A stretch of 64,000 nt of DNA from a virus, in IMG/VR virus record IMGVR_UViG_3300026097_000017, positions 1 to 64,000 of that record. The stretch is one strand, 5' to 3'. The translations under genes were made by a program, and so were the position numbers. Below are positions 46,716 to 55,844 of this stretch, one piece after another (positions within the stretch are counted from its first letter, which is position 1; every line of letters begins with the position of its first letter). The notes beneath the pieces were generated by a model. That model saw only the letters and a program-made list of their open reading frames with translations. It did no database searches and was not told the origin of the DNA.

Positions 46716-47043
46716 CCTTATCTCCTTCAGCAACGACAGTTTCTGCATACGATGTAACAATATCTACCAGAATATCGCCCATATTATTTCTCAGTTCCGA
46801 GAATGGTTCTGGAGGAATATTGTCAACATCATACTCAAAGTCATCAGGAACTTCATGAATTTGATAACTGAATTTCAAATCACAAGAACCATCTTCATGC
46901 TCATCGCCGACTGAGATTTCACCATAAGAATATTTCAAACCCTTAAAGTTTCCATCTATAATTTCTACTATCGCTGTATTAGAAGTTTCTGAAATCACAT
47001 CAGAAACTTTGTACAGTTTACCCTCAAGTTCATACATCTTCAT
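46705..47043 (-). CDS. gp40-like head vertex assembly chaperone
   Basis: Position between uvsX and gp41; YSYG...LKFSY...GDILVDI. Confidence 0.55.
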   Translation of the reverse strand: MKMYELEGKLYKVSDVISETSNTAIVEIIDGNFKGLKYSYGEISVGDEHEDGSCDLKFSYQIHEVPDDFEYDVDNIPPEPFSELRNNMGDILVDIVTSYAETVVAEGDKVED

Positions 47044-47182
47044 TTTCCTTAGATTCTTTGGACCATGAATAGGTTTCTGTCAAAACTAAAACCGTTCCTG
47101 CTATTAGTAGCCAAACATTATTATAAAAGAAACCTGACAAAAAAGCAAGGTGTCCGATAAAAACACCGAGTCTATGACTCAT
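47030..47182 (-). CDS. small membrane peptide (50 aa) overlapping a promoter
   Basis: Read manually: MSHRLGVFIGHLAFLSGFFYNNVWLLIAGTVLVL...; overlaps both flanking genes. Confidence 0.45.
   Translation of the reverse strand: MSHRLGVFIGHLAFLSGFFYNNVWLLIAGTVLVLTETYSWSKESKENEDV
47120..47148 (-). promoter_or_regulatory. sigma70 promoter TTGCTT-N17-TATAAT for gp40/gp41
   Basis: Consensus boxes. Confidence 0.75.
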
Positions 47183-48224
47183 CTTCAACTACCTCAGGCT
47201 CAACTTCCTCATTACCATAAGTGAACTCAGCTTGAGCAGCTAGATCTAGTTGATGCAGTAAGTCTTCAGTAAAGTATTTTTCAGGATTCTTATAGATCTC
47301 TTTACCAAACACTTTCGTACCATCAGGCATTTCATATCGAGTAGAAACCTTCTTGATGATATCATATTTCTCAGCAAGTTCAAGTAACCCATAATACCGA
47401 TCAAGTCCATTCGCATAAGACAGGCGAACCTCTACCTGACTATTTTCCTTTGTTAAACGCGACTTATGGAGTTTAGCTTTGATGATATTGCCTACGATAT
47501 CTGTACCTTCTTTGTCCTTTTTCTTAGAAAGATAAACGATTGTAGAAGCAGTATATTTTAACCCTGAACCACCAGACATTTCTTTCATAGGAATATACGA
47601 ACCGACCACATCATAAACATGGTTGGTTACAAGCAATGGTACTTGAATCTTAGCCAATGCTAGGTTAAGTACACGGAACGTTGCCTTGAGTACCTGAGAC
47701 TTGGTCATGTCTCTAGTTTCTTTACCGTCTGCAGTATCTTCAATCTCTTTAGTCGAAGATAACTGACCCAGAGAATCTAGCACCATCATCATTGGTTTGC
47801 GTGAATCTTCAGGCTGGTTTTTATACGTCTCGATGATTTTTAGCGCAGTATGACGAAACTTCTGAATTGTATCTGGTTCTGACACCGCAACTCTTGTAGT
47901 ATCAATACCACGCGACTCCATCATTTCTTTAGTGACTGCAGCCTCAGTATCAAAATAAATGACACCCCCTTCAGGATTATCCTTTAGAAACTGTTGCATC
48001 ACGCCAAGAACAAAGAATGTTTTACCAGTCGCTGATTCACCAGCAAATGTTGTAACTTTATTATTAGGAACACCACCATAGATTGTTCCTGACAACGCAG
48101 CATTTAGGATATATGAACCTGTATCAATATACCCACTAAACTCACCAGACGATTTGCCATCTGCTGCAATATTAGTATCTTCATCTTTAATTTGTGTGAC
48201 AATATCACGGAAAAAATCTGACAT
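47172..48224 (-). CDS. uvsX: RecA-like recombinase UvsX
   Basis: AGESATGKT, FDTE, DSLG, TNH, SGGSGLKY, KSR. Confidence 0.95.
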   Translation of the reverse strand: MSDFFRDIVTQIKDEDTNIAADGKSSGEFSGYIDTGSYILNAALSGTIYGGVPNNKVTTFAGESATGKTFFVLGVMQQFLKDNPEGGVIYFDTEAAVTKEMMESRGIDTTRVAVSEPDTIQKFRHTALKIIETYKNQPEDSRKPMMMVLDSLGQLSSTKEIEDTADGKETRDMTKSQVLKATFRVLNLALAKIQVPLLVTNHVYDVVGSYIPMKEMSGGSGLKYTASTIVYLSKKKDKEGTDIVGNIIKAKLHKSRLTKENSQVEVRLSYANGLDRYYGLLELAEKYDIIKKVSTRYEMPDGTKVFGKEIYKNPEKYFTEDLLHQLDLAAQAEFTYGNEEVEPEVVEDES

Positions 48225-49012
48225 TAAAAAAATCCTTCAAGTGTTGCTGTTTCTTCCTGACGACGATCTTTGAGCCGCAGTTCCGCATGCCCTGTAGTTT
48301 CTCTAATATACATCGTACAAAGTTCAGGAAACATTTTGGCGATCCTACTGATTGAGTCATACACATACTCTTTGGTACGCACCTCTTGAAGACCACCTTC
48401 TTCTTTGTAATAATTACTTTTCACAGTATAGTTATCTAATCGGCAAAGCACGTCATTCTTGACATACTGACGGAGACTGTACTCATAGTCCTCACCATGA
48501 TTTGTCACTCTTGCCAAATAATCATCATGCTCTACGATCACACCGAACATCGATGCAATCACATAGCAGAGTTTAGTGTAAACACGATCTTTCATAAAGA
48601 ACGCATTTGAAGCTGCATAGATGCCGAACGTTTTAGCACCAACCTGCTCAGCTTCAGTGAACCCTCTTATTATAATCTCTTTTTCCAAATTGTCAATAGG
48701 TTCCAGCTTTTTATCATTCTTTCTTTGAACTTCTTGAACGTCATCATCAAACATCATCAAATATGTGCCTTCTGGATAATACCGTTCAATCCAGTTTCTT
48801 TGGGCTCCGATTGTAGGAACACCCTTTACAATATTTTGCCCATAAGGATTATCTTTTAGCGCATTTGAATATGTTTCAAACTCTTTATCATCAGCCACAA
48901 ATACAGTGACACGCTCTGGATCAATATTATGGTGTTCAAATACTTTGAACGTCTTTTCTTGAATTGTTTTCGTACGCTTATAGGATGGCACTGCAATTTT
49001 ATAATCAATCAT
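48224..49012 (-). CDS. TET-associated (TAGT/GREB1-like) GT-A glycosyltransferase
   Basis: IAVPSYKR, QRNWI, MFDDD, GEDYE, GGLQ..R; coupled to the TET/JBP gene. Confidence 0.8.
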   Translation of the reverse strand: MIDYKIAVPSYKRTKTIQEKTFKVFEHHNIDPERVTVFVADDKEFETYSNALKDNPYGQNIVKGVPTIGAQRNWIERYYPEGTYLMMFDDDVQEVQRKNDKKLEPIDNLEKEIIIRGFTEAEQVGAKTFGIYAASNAFFMKDRVYTKLCYVIASMFGVIVEHDDYLARVTNHGEDYEYSLRQYVKNDVLCRLDNYTVKSNYYKEEGGLQEVRTKEYVYDSISRIAKMFPELCTMYIRETTGHAELRLKDRRQEETATLEGFF

Positions 49013-50442
49013 TAAAAAAATCCTTCTAGACTCGCTTTTTCTTCAACTGCTTCAGGATGATATTTTGCTAGTGTATCACGTCCACCGTGATGCTCTAGAT
49101 ATTGATACCATTCTTTAGAATCCCACATTCCTGGACTCACACCGTTCCAGTATGGACGCCATAGTACATGGTGCTCATTCAAACGACGATCATCAACAAA
49201 CTGTCTTCGCAGTTTTTCATAATCATAAGAACCAAGCTGTAACATATCCTCGCGGAAATAAAACACCAAAGACATACGGAGGAAATCATCTTCACCTGAA
49301 TCAGGTGCTTCAATCGGAGTGTTCGCATGAATCACTCGCATATTATCAATCAGCAACAAATCCCCTGGACGAACATTGATTGCCGCACGAACTTCAGGAG
49401 CAACCAAATAACCACCTTTCCAACTCTTGCCTTCTTTAGTGACAACAGTCAGATTAGAGTATCCCTCATTCAAAGAACCTGCATCACGATGACTTGCCAT
49501 TCGTGCATTACGATCTTTAGTTGTAGTATTTACAGTAATTGTAGTCAGCGTAGTATCTTCGCCTATCAGGAATTTGTTGTCAATCGAGTCGGCACATTTT
49601 TTCTGCAACGCATAACGTTCAGGGAGCATCCGAGCAAACTCTTTATCAAGTTTCCTAGCAAATGGATAGCACTTTTCAAACTTCTCTAAGTTGTGTTCAG
49701 TGTAAGAAGTTGCTCGCCCATAAGGAATCCGAGGATATCTACCATAATACCCAGCGATACCTGACCAAATGGGAGTCGCATAAGAGGTTGCCGAGATCAT
49801 AGTCTTAGCAATTTTCAAAGCATACTTAGCTGCGTCATCTACTGACATTTCAGCGAGTCGTTTCATCGCCTCATCGAAAAAGCCTGTGTAGTTTTCAAAC
49901 TCGGCTTCTACCTTCGTACGCAACCAAACACCGCCACGTGTTTCATACTTTTCAGTTTTATGACGCTCTACAATTTCTTCTATCGGATCAGAGCCATCGA
50001 TATTTTGAGGTGAGCCATCAATGTAATAATCAAGAATATCTTGTTGAAAAGGTGTCACCCAATCACGATTACCTGACTGCTCTGATCTTGGTCCAGCGGC
50101 AAGTCCTCGGTTATTAGATTCAACTGCTGCATCAAACAATCCTTCATACGCACCTTTCTGTTCTTCTTCGGTGAATACGTTTTTACGGAACTTGAATGCA
50201 ATTTGCTGTTCACCTAGACAACCAATACATTGCCCATTACAATCTGTAGATTTGACTAAATCACAATCAGGTGGAAGATAAAAATCTGCATCATTGTCGA
50301 TTAGAATATCGTAATCATTCTCGTCTACATATTTACCGAGAAGATCTTCTTTGTTGTCAGCGAACAAGGCAATATAAACGTCTTGACCTTCGTCACCTTT
50401 ATACTTCTGCCAAGATCTGCCGCCAATGGTTACTGTTTCCAT
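49012..50442 (-). CDS. TET/JBP-family 2OG-Fe(II) DNA base dioxygenase
   Basis: TTITVN...HRDAG, GGYLV.PE, RPGDLLL, IHANT, RMSLVFYFRE. Confidence 0.85.
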   Translation of the reverse strand: METVTIGGRSWQKYKGDEGQDVYIALFADNKEDLLGKYVDENDYDILIDNDADFYLPPDCDLVKSTDCNGQCIGCLGEQQIAFKFRKNVFTEEEQKGAYEGLFDAAVESNNRGLAAGPRSEQSGNRDWVTPFQQDILDYYIDGSPQNIDGSDPIEEIVERHKTEKYETRGGVWLRTKVEAEFENYTGFFDEAMKRLAEMSVDDAAKYALKIAKTMISATSYATPIWSGIAGYYGRYPRIPYGRATSYTEHNLEKFEKCYPFARKLDKEFARMLPERYALQKKCADSIDNKFLIGEDTTLTTITVNTTTKDRNARMASHRDAGSLNEGYSNLTVVTKEGKSWKGGYLVAPEVRAAINVRPGDLLLIDNMRVIHANTPIEAPDSGEDDFLRMSLVFYFREDMLQLGSYDYEKLRRQFVDDRRLNEHHVLWRPYWNGVSPGMWDSKEWYQYLEHHGGRDTLAKYHPEAVEEKASLEGFF

Positions 50443-50465
50443 ATAAGTTCTCCATGTATGCAATC

Positions 50466-50494
50466 ATTATAACTTATTTACACAAACTTATCAA
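50466..50494 (-). promoter_or_regulatory. sigma70 promoter TTGATA-N17-TATAAT for TET/GT/uvsX
   Basis: Consensus boxes. Confidence 0.7.
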
Positions 50495-51314
50495 GCAGTT
50501 TTTTCTTTTCTACTTTAGGTGGACGTCCACGCTTTTTAGGTTTGTGTTGTTCAATCAACTGTTGAGTTCTCACTTTTTTACGCTGTTCCTTCAGCGATAT
50601 ACTAGCAGCTATCACAAGCAGCACTGCTAATGGATCAAATACAAAAATAATAATCAGAATGACAAATCGTACTGCCTTCTCTAAAACTTGCTGATCAGGA
50701 TTGTCACCAAATATCAATTCTGCAATGAACGCAAGAGGACCGACTTCCGCTTTAAAAGCTGACACTTGAAGCTGAATCTGTGCCAACTCGTCTTGAAGCG
50801 AGATGATCTTATTGGACGCTTGATTGATGGATTCCTGGATTTTCTCACGTTCCTCAGTCTGACTTTCTCTTGCCTCAAGTCCCTTAGAAACTGCCCCAAG
50901 CTCGATATATCTTTGTAATGCATCATCAAGCTGTTCCAGAATGGCTTCATTCCGCTCGATTTCCCGATTCTCTCTCTGAATTCTGGTTTCAATCTGTGTC
51001 GCTTTGATGGTAGACTCATTTAAACCTGCTCCCTGATCAATATGTGCTTTCGATAAAAATCCAAAGATACCCATTGATGTGATAAACATCAACAGCACAA
51101 CTGCACCAGTGAGATAATATTTCAATGCTCTAGGTGCAACTTCCCAGTTTTGATGCAGCCATGCCGCAGTCAAAAGTTTACCTGCTTCCAACACGATACC
51201 CATGATCACAATCGCAGTAAAACTCGCAGCGAATATAGCTGTCAATCCAATGATTGAGTAATACGCAGCTACAGTAGCAATAGCAATCGCTGTAATTAAA
51301 GTTGCTATAACCAT
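50478..51314 (-). CDS. membrane protein (3 TM, coiled coil, 1 TM)
   Basis: AAYYSIIGL...LEAGKL...TSMGIFGFLSKAH...EVGP...VFDPLAV. Confidence 0.75.
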   Translation of the reverse strand: MVIATLITAIAIATVAAYYSIIGLTAIFAASFTAIVIMGIVLEAGKLLTAAWLHQNWEVAPRALKYYLTGAVVLLMFITSMGIFGFLSKAHIDQGAGLNESTIKATQIETRIQRENREIERNEAILEQLDDALQRYIELGAVSKGLEARESQTEEREKIQESINQASNKIISLQDELAQIQLQVSAFKAEVGPLAFIAELIFGDNPDQQVLEKAVRFVILIIIFVFDPLAVLLVIAASISLKEQRKKVRTQQLIEQHKPKKRGRPPKVEKKKLLDKFV

Positions 51315-51616
51315 TAACTTTCGCTTCTTGTGATTGCTAAGATATCCTCGATCTTCTCTTCAATAATTTGTTTACGTCCTGGCCAATAAATGTATTCTTT
51401 GTCAGATGTGTTTAGCAGATTGACTAACAAAGGCATTATCATTTGTTCAACCATTTGTAGTTTTTCGGCAGCAGATCTTTCTAAAGTATTGCGAACGCTG
51501 TCAACAACTTCTTCAATCTTGGTGTCAGTAGCAGCATTGTATTCTGCTTCACTAACTGCACTAAAACCAAAATCGTTATCATTTGACAAATATTCCTGTG
51601 GTATTTTAATAGCCAT
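51314..51616 (-). CDS. conserved hypothetical protein
   Basis: DFGFSAV...PLL.NL....KEYIYWP.R. Confidence 0.75.
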   Translation of the reverse strand: MAIKIPQEYLSNDNDFGFSAVSEAEYNAATDTKIEEVVDSVRNTLERSAAEKLQMVEQMIMPLLVNLLNTSDKEYIYWPGRKQIIEEKIEDILAITRSES

Positions 51617-54090
51617 TAGAAAAAGCTCTCCAGTGTACTTTGTTTCTCTACATCCCAACCAATCTTAGAGGTGATCACCTTTAGTGGTTCTAGGAATGAC
51701 TTTTCGAATTGTGTATCATAATCAATATACTTATTTAAGTCAAGCTCTTCTGGCATGTTAGACAGAATAGAGATGACATTTTCACCGATACTATTTGGCG
51801 TTTTCAAATAACAGAATTTAATTTTCTCGCCTTCTTGGATCGGCTGATATTTTTTAGTCAATCCTTTTTTGTCAAGAAGATGATTAAACAGCAACGCACC
51901 TCTAACATGAATCGGTGTTCCTGATGAGTAGATATCTGAAGAATCAGCATACTTTGCTAATCCTTTAACTCCTCTCGGGAAAGCCACATCTTCAAACGGC
52001 ATCTTTTTAAACTTCTCACGGCTATCGGTAACAAACTGATGAAGTAATGATTCGTCGCCCTCCATAATAAGTTGCAGTGCTTCTTTAATCATTTCACGGC
52101 AAGCATATGGAGTTGAAGATTTTACAGCCTCAATACCCATCATCTTGAGTTTCGGTTCATTATACCTCACACCCTCAGAATCATGAACATTCAGAATGTA
52201 TCTTTTCTTAGCAGTCCAGATACCTTTATCAGCAATAACTTCTCGAGCCATCACCATCTTGTTCTGATAGGCTCCCATATAATTCGCAAGCTCTTCATAG
52301 GACTCAGTAATAAATTTCTCAAATCTTTCTTCACAAACAGTATTCAAAAAATCGACTGGACTTTTAGGATTGAACTTTTTGACCAACTCATCCATGCGGA
52401 CATAGATAGAATCAGTATCAATCGCAATCACATAATCTTCATCAGTGCCCAGCAACTTGTTCATGTACTGGTTTACTTTCTTTTCAATCCATCTGATTGA
52501 GAGTTGTCCTGAGATGGTGATTGCTTCTCCGAGTTTGACGTCGAAGAATCTGAAGTATTTGTTTCCGATTGCTCCATAGGCTGAGTTGAGGGAGATTTTT
52601 TTTGCCATCTGGATGTTATGGTATTTAGATATTGAGTTGCGTAGGCGAATCTTCTCCTTCTCATCAGCTGTACCTTTCTTGCTTTCCAGTTCCTTCTGCG
52701 CATTGATCATTTCCTTCTTATAGAAAACACGATCATTGTACATCTTCTGCATCAATTCAGGCAAGAACCCTTGGAAGTCCTTGCGGAAATAGTGACCATT
52801 TGCCGCCAAGCAGTATTCAGTTTCATTAGGATATTGTTCAGTCAAAAGTTTATTAACAGAGGTGTCAATATGTTTGCCTTCTACCAAAGTATCAGGCGAA
52901 ATATTATACTGCATCATTAAGTGAGGATACAGACTATTTAGGTCAAAGGAGACAACCCAGTCGTGCATTCCGACTTGCGGTTCTTTTACATAAGCACCTT
53001 CAATCTGACCATCTTTATCCCGATCCTCCATTTGAGGAACAACAACATTTTTAGAAAGTAGATGGTTATGAATGATTGTGTCCCACATCCGAACCTGTGT
53101 CATCACATCATTTAAATTCACCTTTGCGTCATACGCAAGAGCAAGCGCAAGTTCAATCAGCTTCAGCTTATCGTCTAGTTTCTGAACCAACTCAACGTCT
53201 TTGATGTTGTATTCAATAAACTTCTGATAGTCTTCTTTGTATAACTGGTGAAGAGAGTTGTATTCAGAATAATCAATCTTCTTTTCACCGAGCTCTACGA
53301 AAGCGATATTATCCAACCGATATGATTCTTGCTGAGTATAAGTAAACTTCTTATACATTTCAAGATAATCCAAACTAACGATGCCGCAAAGAACATACGC
53401 ATAGTTCTGCCTGTTCATCAGTCTCACGATGCGCTCTTCAACCTGCCCCCAAGGAGAAAGTTTTTTAGCCATGCGTTCATCAAACTTCTTTTCAATGCGA
53501 CGATACAGATAAGGAATATCAAAGAACTGAGTGTTCCAGCCTGTGATGATATCGACATCCATTTTCTGCCACATATCAAGGAATTTGAGTAACAGATCAT
53601 TCTCATTATTACAACGAATGTAACGGACATCTTCCCTATGCTGCTTGTATTCGCCTATACCGAGAACCCAATAAACTCCTTTAAAGTATATCGTGATTGC
53701 AGTGATCGGCTCAGCAACGTCCGCAGGATCAGGGAAACCAGACTCAGAGCCAACCTCAATATCAATATTGGCGACTCTAATTAAGTTTACATCGTAATCA
53801 ACTTTAGGATATTGTTCATTGATAAAACAATATTCATATTTGTTAGACCCATAGATTTCAAAGTTTTGTATATCACCATATTTGGCAATAAATTCTTTGG
53901 CATCTGAAATGGTGCCTTGTTTGACAGGTTCAACAGGAATACCTTTAACTGTTTTGAAGTTAGAAGGTTTGTTGGTCGGGATGTAGAGTGTTGGTGAGTA
54001 AGGAACACGTTCGTGGAACCGCTTTCCGTTGCGATAACCACGAACGTAGATTTTATCACCTCTACGAAGAAAGTTCGTATAAAATTCCAT
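51616..54090 (-). CDS. gp43: B-family DNA polymerase (T4 gp43)
   Basis: DIEV, FDIPY, SFDLNSLYP, KISLNSAYG, IDTDS, KKRY; no intein or intron. Confidence 0.97.
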   Translation of the reverse strand: MEFYTNFLRRGDKIYVRGYRNGKRFHERVPYSPTLYIPTNKPSNFKTVKGIPVEPVKQGTISDAKEFIAKYGDIQNFEIYGSNKYEYCFINEQYPKVDYDVNLIRVANIDIEVGSESGFPDPADVAEPITAITIYFKGVYWVLGIGEYKQHREDVRYIRCNNENDLLLKFLDMWQKMDVDIITGWNTQFFDIPYLYRRIEKKFDERMAKKLSPWGQVEERIVRLMNRQNYAYVLCGIVSLDYLEMYKKFTYTQQESYRLDNIAFVELGEKKIDYSEYNSLHQLYKEDYQKFIEYNIKDVELVQKLDDKLKLIELALALAYDAKVNLNDVMTQVRMWDTIIHNHLLSKNVVVPQMEDRDKDGQIEGAYVKEPQVGMHDWVVSFDLNSLYPHLMMQYNISPDTLVEGKHIDTSVNKLLTEQYPNETEYCLAANGHYFRKDFQGFLPELMQKMYNDRVFYKKEMINAQKELESKKGTADEKEKIRLRNSISKYHNIQMAKKISLNSAYGAIGNKYFRFFDVKLGEAITISGQLSIRWIEKKVNQYMNKLLGTDEDYVIAIDTDSIYVRMDELVKKFNPKSPVDFLNTVCEERFEKFITESYEELANYMGAYQNKMVMAREVIADKGIWTAKKRYILNVHDSEGVRYNEPKLKMMGIEAVKSSTPYACREMIKEALQLIMEGDESLLHQFVTDSREKFKKMPFEDVAFPRGVKGLAKYADSSDIYSSGTPIHVRGALLFNHLLDKKGLTKKYQPIQEGEKIKFCYLKTPNSIGENVISILSNMPEELDLNKYIDYDTQFEKSFLEPLKVITSKIGWDVEKQSTLESFF

Positions 54091-54097
54091 GATGTAA

Positions 54098-54126
54098 ATT
54101 ATAACTCAGTTGAAGAATGAAAGCAA
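54098..54126 (-). promoter_or_regulatory. sigma70 promoter TTGCTT-N17-TATAAT (probably leaderless gp43 mRNA)
   Basis: The -10 box ends 7 nt before the ATG. Confidence 0.75.
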
Positions 54127-54131
54127 GGACT

Positions 54132-54566
54132 TTAACTATTTTCTTCCCTGTATGCATCCAAAGTCTTCTTGAATTTATTTGCGTGAGATCTTTCTGCTTT
54201 TGCTAGAGTCTCAAACCAATCAGCAATTTCATCATAACCTTCATCACGAGCAGTCTTAGCCATTCCTGGATACATGTCTGTATACTCATGAGTTTCACCT
54301 GCAATAGCAGACTCAAGAGCCTCTTCAACAGTTTTAGCTGGCAATCCAGTTTCAGGATCTCCTGCTCCACCGTCGATGAGATATTCCATATGTCCATGCG
54401 CATGACCAGTTTCGCCTTCCGCAGTATTACGGAAAACGTTCGCTACATCTGGTGCACCTTGTACGTCAGCTTCATTAGCAAAGTACAGGTAGCGACGGTT
54501 GGCTTTAGACTCACCTGCGAATGCATCTTTCAATGCTTGTTCAGTTTTAGTACCTTTCAAACTCAT
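54132..54566 (-). CDS. rubrerythrin (ferritin-like domain only)
   Basis: AFAGESKANRRY, ETGHA, AIAGETHEYTDMYP, AERSHA. Confidence 0.9.
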   Translation of the reverse strand: MSLKGTKTEQALKDAFAGESKANRRYLYFANEADVQGAPDVANVFRNTAEGETGHAHGHMEYLIDGGAGDPETGLPAKTVEEALESAIAGETHEYTDMYPGMAKTARDEGYDEIADWFETLAKAERSHANKFKKTLDAYREENS

Positions 54567-54591
54567 AATATTTCCTTATGTTAAAGTAGAA

Positions 54592-55056
54592 TTAAGCGTT
54601 AATCCCTTCACTATATTGCGTCTTTCCGTCTACGCGAGAGGCTGTGAGAATAGACTTTCGATTATCCCCATCAGCTTTATACGATACATGTACCCAACCA
54701 CTATCAGGGATACCAGGAGTATAAAACTCGAGAATGAGCTGATCAAAGTCAAGATTATCTCTAATCCACTCAGCAAGCTCCGCATTAGGAGTCCCTGGGA
54801 CTTCAATATCTGCCGCTTCACCCTTGCAATGCTGAGATCGAGAAGATCCCCCCACAGCATCATTAAGGTCGGGAGAGCGATAACCACTATTAATAACAGT
54901 TGGACCAAAATGGTCACGAACTTTTTGAACGACGTTTTCAAATAATGCAACAGCTGCATCCATGTGTTCTCCTTGTGGAGTATTATCAATACCTTTGCGC
55001 TCAGCAGTTTGAGACTTAGTAAATTCAGCGAGTGAAAAATTTTCAGAAAGTTTCAT
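54592..55056 (-). CDS. peptidase M15A endolysin-like protein
   Basis: SGYRSP.LN.AVGG...SQH.KGEAAD...WVHVS. Confidence 0.9.
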   Translation of the reverse strand: MKLSENFSLAEFTKSQTAERKGIDNTPQGEHMDAAVALFENVVQKVRDHFGPTVINSGYRSPDLNDAVGGSSRSQHCKGEAADIEVPGTPNAELAEWIRDNLDFDQLILEFYTPGIPDSGWVHVSYKADGDNRKSILTASRVDGKTQYSEGINA

Positions 55057-55072
55057 ATCTTCTCCTGTAAAT

Positions 55073-55092
55073 GGGAGTCCCGAAGGACTCCC
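55073..55092 (-). terminator. UUCG-loop hairpin after hsp20 (terminator or stabiliser)
   Basis: GGGAGTCC-TTCG-GGACTCCC followed only by ATTT. Confidence 0.65.
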
Positions 55093-55109
55093 TATTAGTT
55101 AACCAAAAA

Positions 55110-55541
55110 CTATTTGATTTCTACAGTTTTGGGTTTCTTAGCTTCTGGAATAATACGCTCCAAAGCAATCTTTAGCATGCCGTTGAGCATTTCCGCATTT
55201 TGAACCTCGACAGCATCGTTCAAATTGAACGTGCGAGTAAATGGACGGAAAGCCAGACCTTGATATAAAAATTCGTTTTTGTCATCCTGCGCAGCATTAC
55301 CTTTGACAGTTAGCTTATCGCCTGCTACATTGATTTCAATATCAGTCTTTCCGAAACCAGCAACAGCCATTTCAATGACATATGTGTTTTCATCAGTTTT
55401 CTTGATATTGTATGGTGGATAGTTGGGAATGTTTTTAGACATGTTGTCATGAAACTCATTGAGTTTGTTAAAAACATCGTCATAACCAATTAGAAACTTA
55501 TCAAGATCTTTATGCGTAAATGTTGGAAGTAATGTTGTCAT
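55110..55541 (-). CDS. small heat-shock protein Hsp20 (IbpA-like)
   Basis: NYPPYNI, IEMAVAGF, F.R.F.L, NGML.I.L....PE.KKP. Confidence 0.92.
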   Translation of the reverse strand: MTTLLPTFTHKDLDKFLIGYDDVFNKLNEFHDNMSKNIPNYPPYNIKKTDENTYVIEMAVAGFGKTDIEINVAGDKLTVKGNAAQDDKNEFLYQGLAFRPFTRTFNLNDAVEVQNAEMLNGMLKIALERIIPEAKKPKTVEIK

Positions 55542-55547
55542 ACTCTT

Positions 55548-55592
55548 CTCCTTTTCAGCGAGTTAACAATTAAGAGTCCCATTAGGCGACTC
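55548..55592 (-). promoter_or_regulatory. ROSE-like RNA thermometer in the hsp20 5' UTR
   Basis: CUC-G-CU-GAAA-AG-GAG hairpin over the SD, plus an upstream hairpin. Confidence 0.6.
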
Positions 55593-55597
55593 AATTT

Positions 55598-55604
55598 TAT
55601 TTAG
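55598..55604 (-). promoter_or_regulatory. late promoter CTAAATA for hsp20
   Basis: Immediately upstream of the UTR hairpins. Confidence 0.55.
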
Positions 55605-55831
55605 GCTGCTTTAGCCAATTCAACCTGTTGTTCAACTTTATCGTCATTAACAGGTGTTTTGTCTAACCATACAGGATGTTCCTCATCCATAATGGCTTGG
55701 ACTAGTTCGCTGTAAGACCAGTGCTTAAAATCACTATTATATGCCTTTAAATGTTCAGCGAGTCTAAATGCGGCTTGTAATTTGCGCGCATGAATTATGG
55801 AATCATAGATTCCACGAAAAAAGTTCAGCAT
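55601..55831 (-). CDS. hypothetical protein
   Basis: AGGAG RBS before MLNFF. Confidence 0.65.
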   Translation of the reverse strand: MLNFFRGIYDSIIHARKLQAAFRLAEHLKAYNSDFKHWSYSELVQAIMDEEHPVWLDKTPVNDDKVEQQVELAKAA

Positions 55832-55844
55832 TGTGTGCTCCTGT

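Noticed and set aside
28486-54090. Inteins, introns or homing endonucleases in nrdA, gp41, uvsX, gp43
   Set aside because: Proteins are continuous and of normal length
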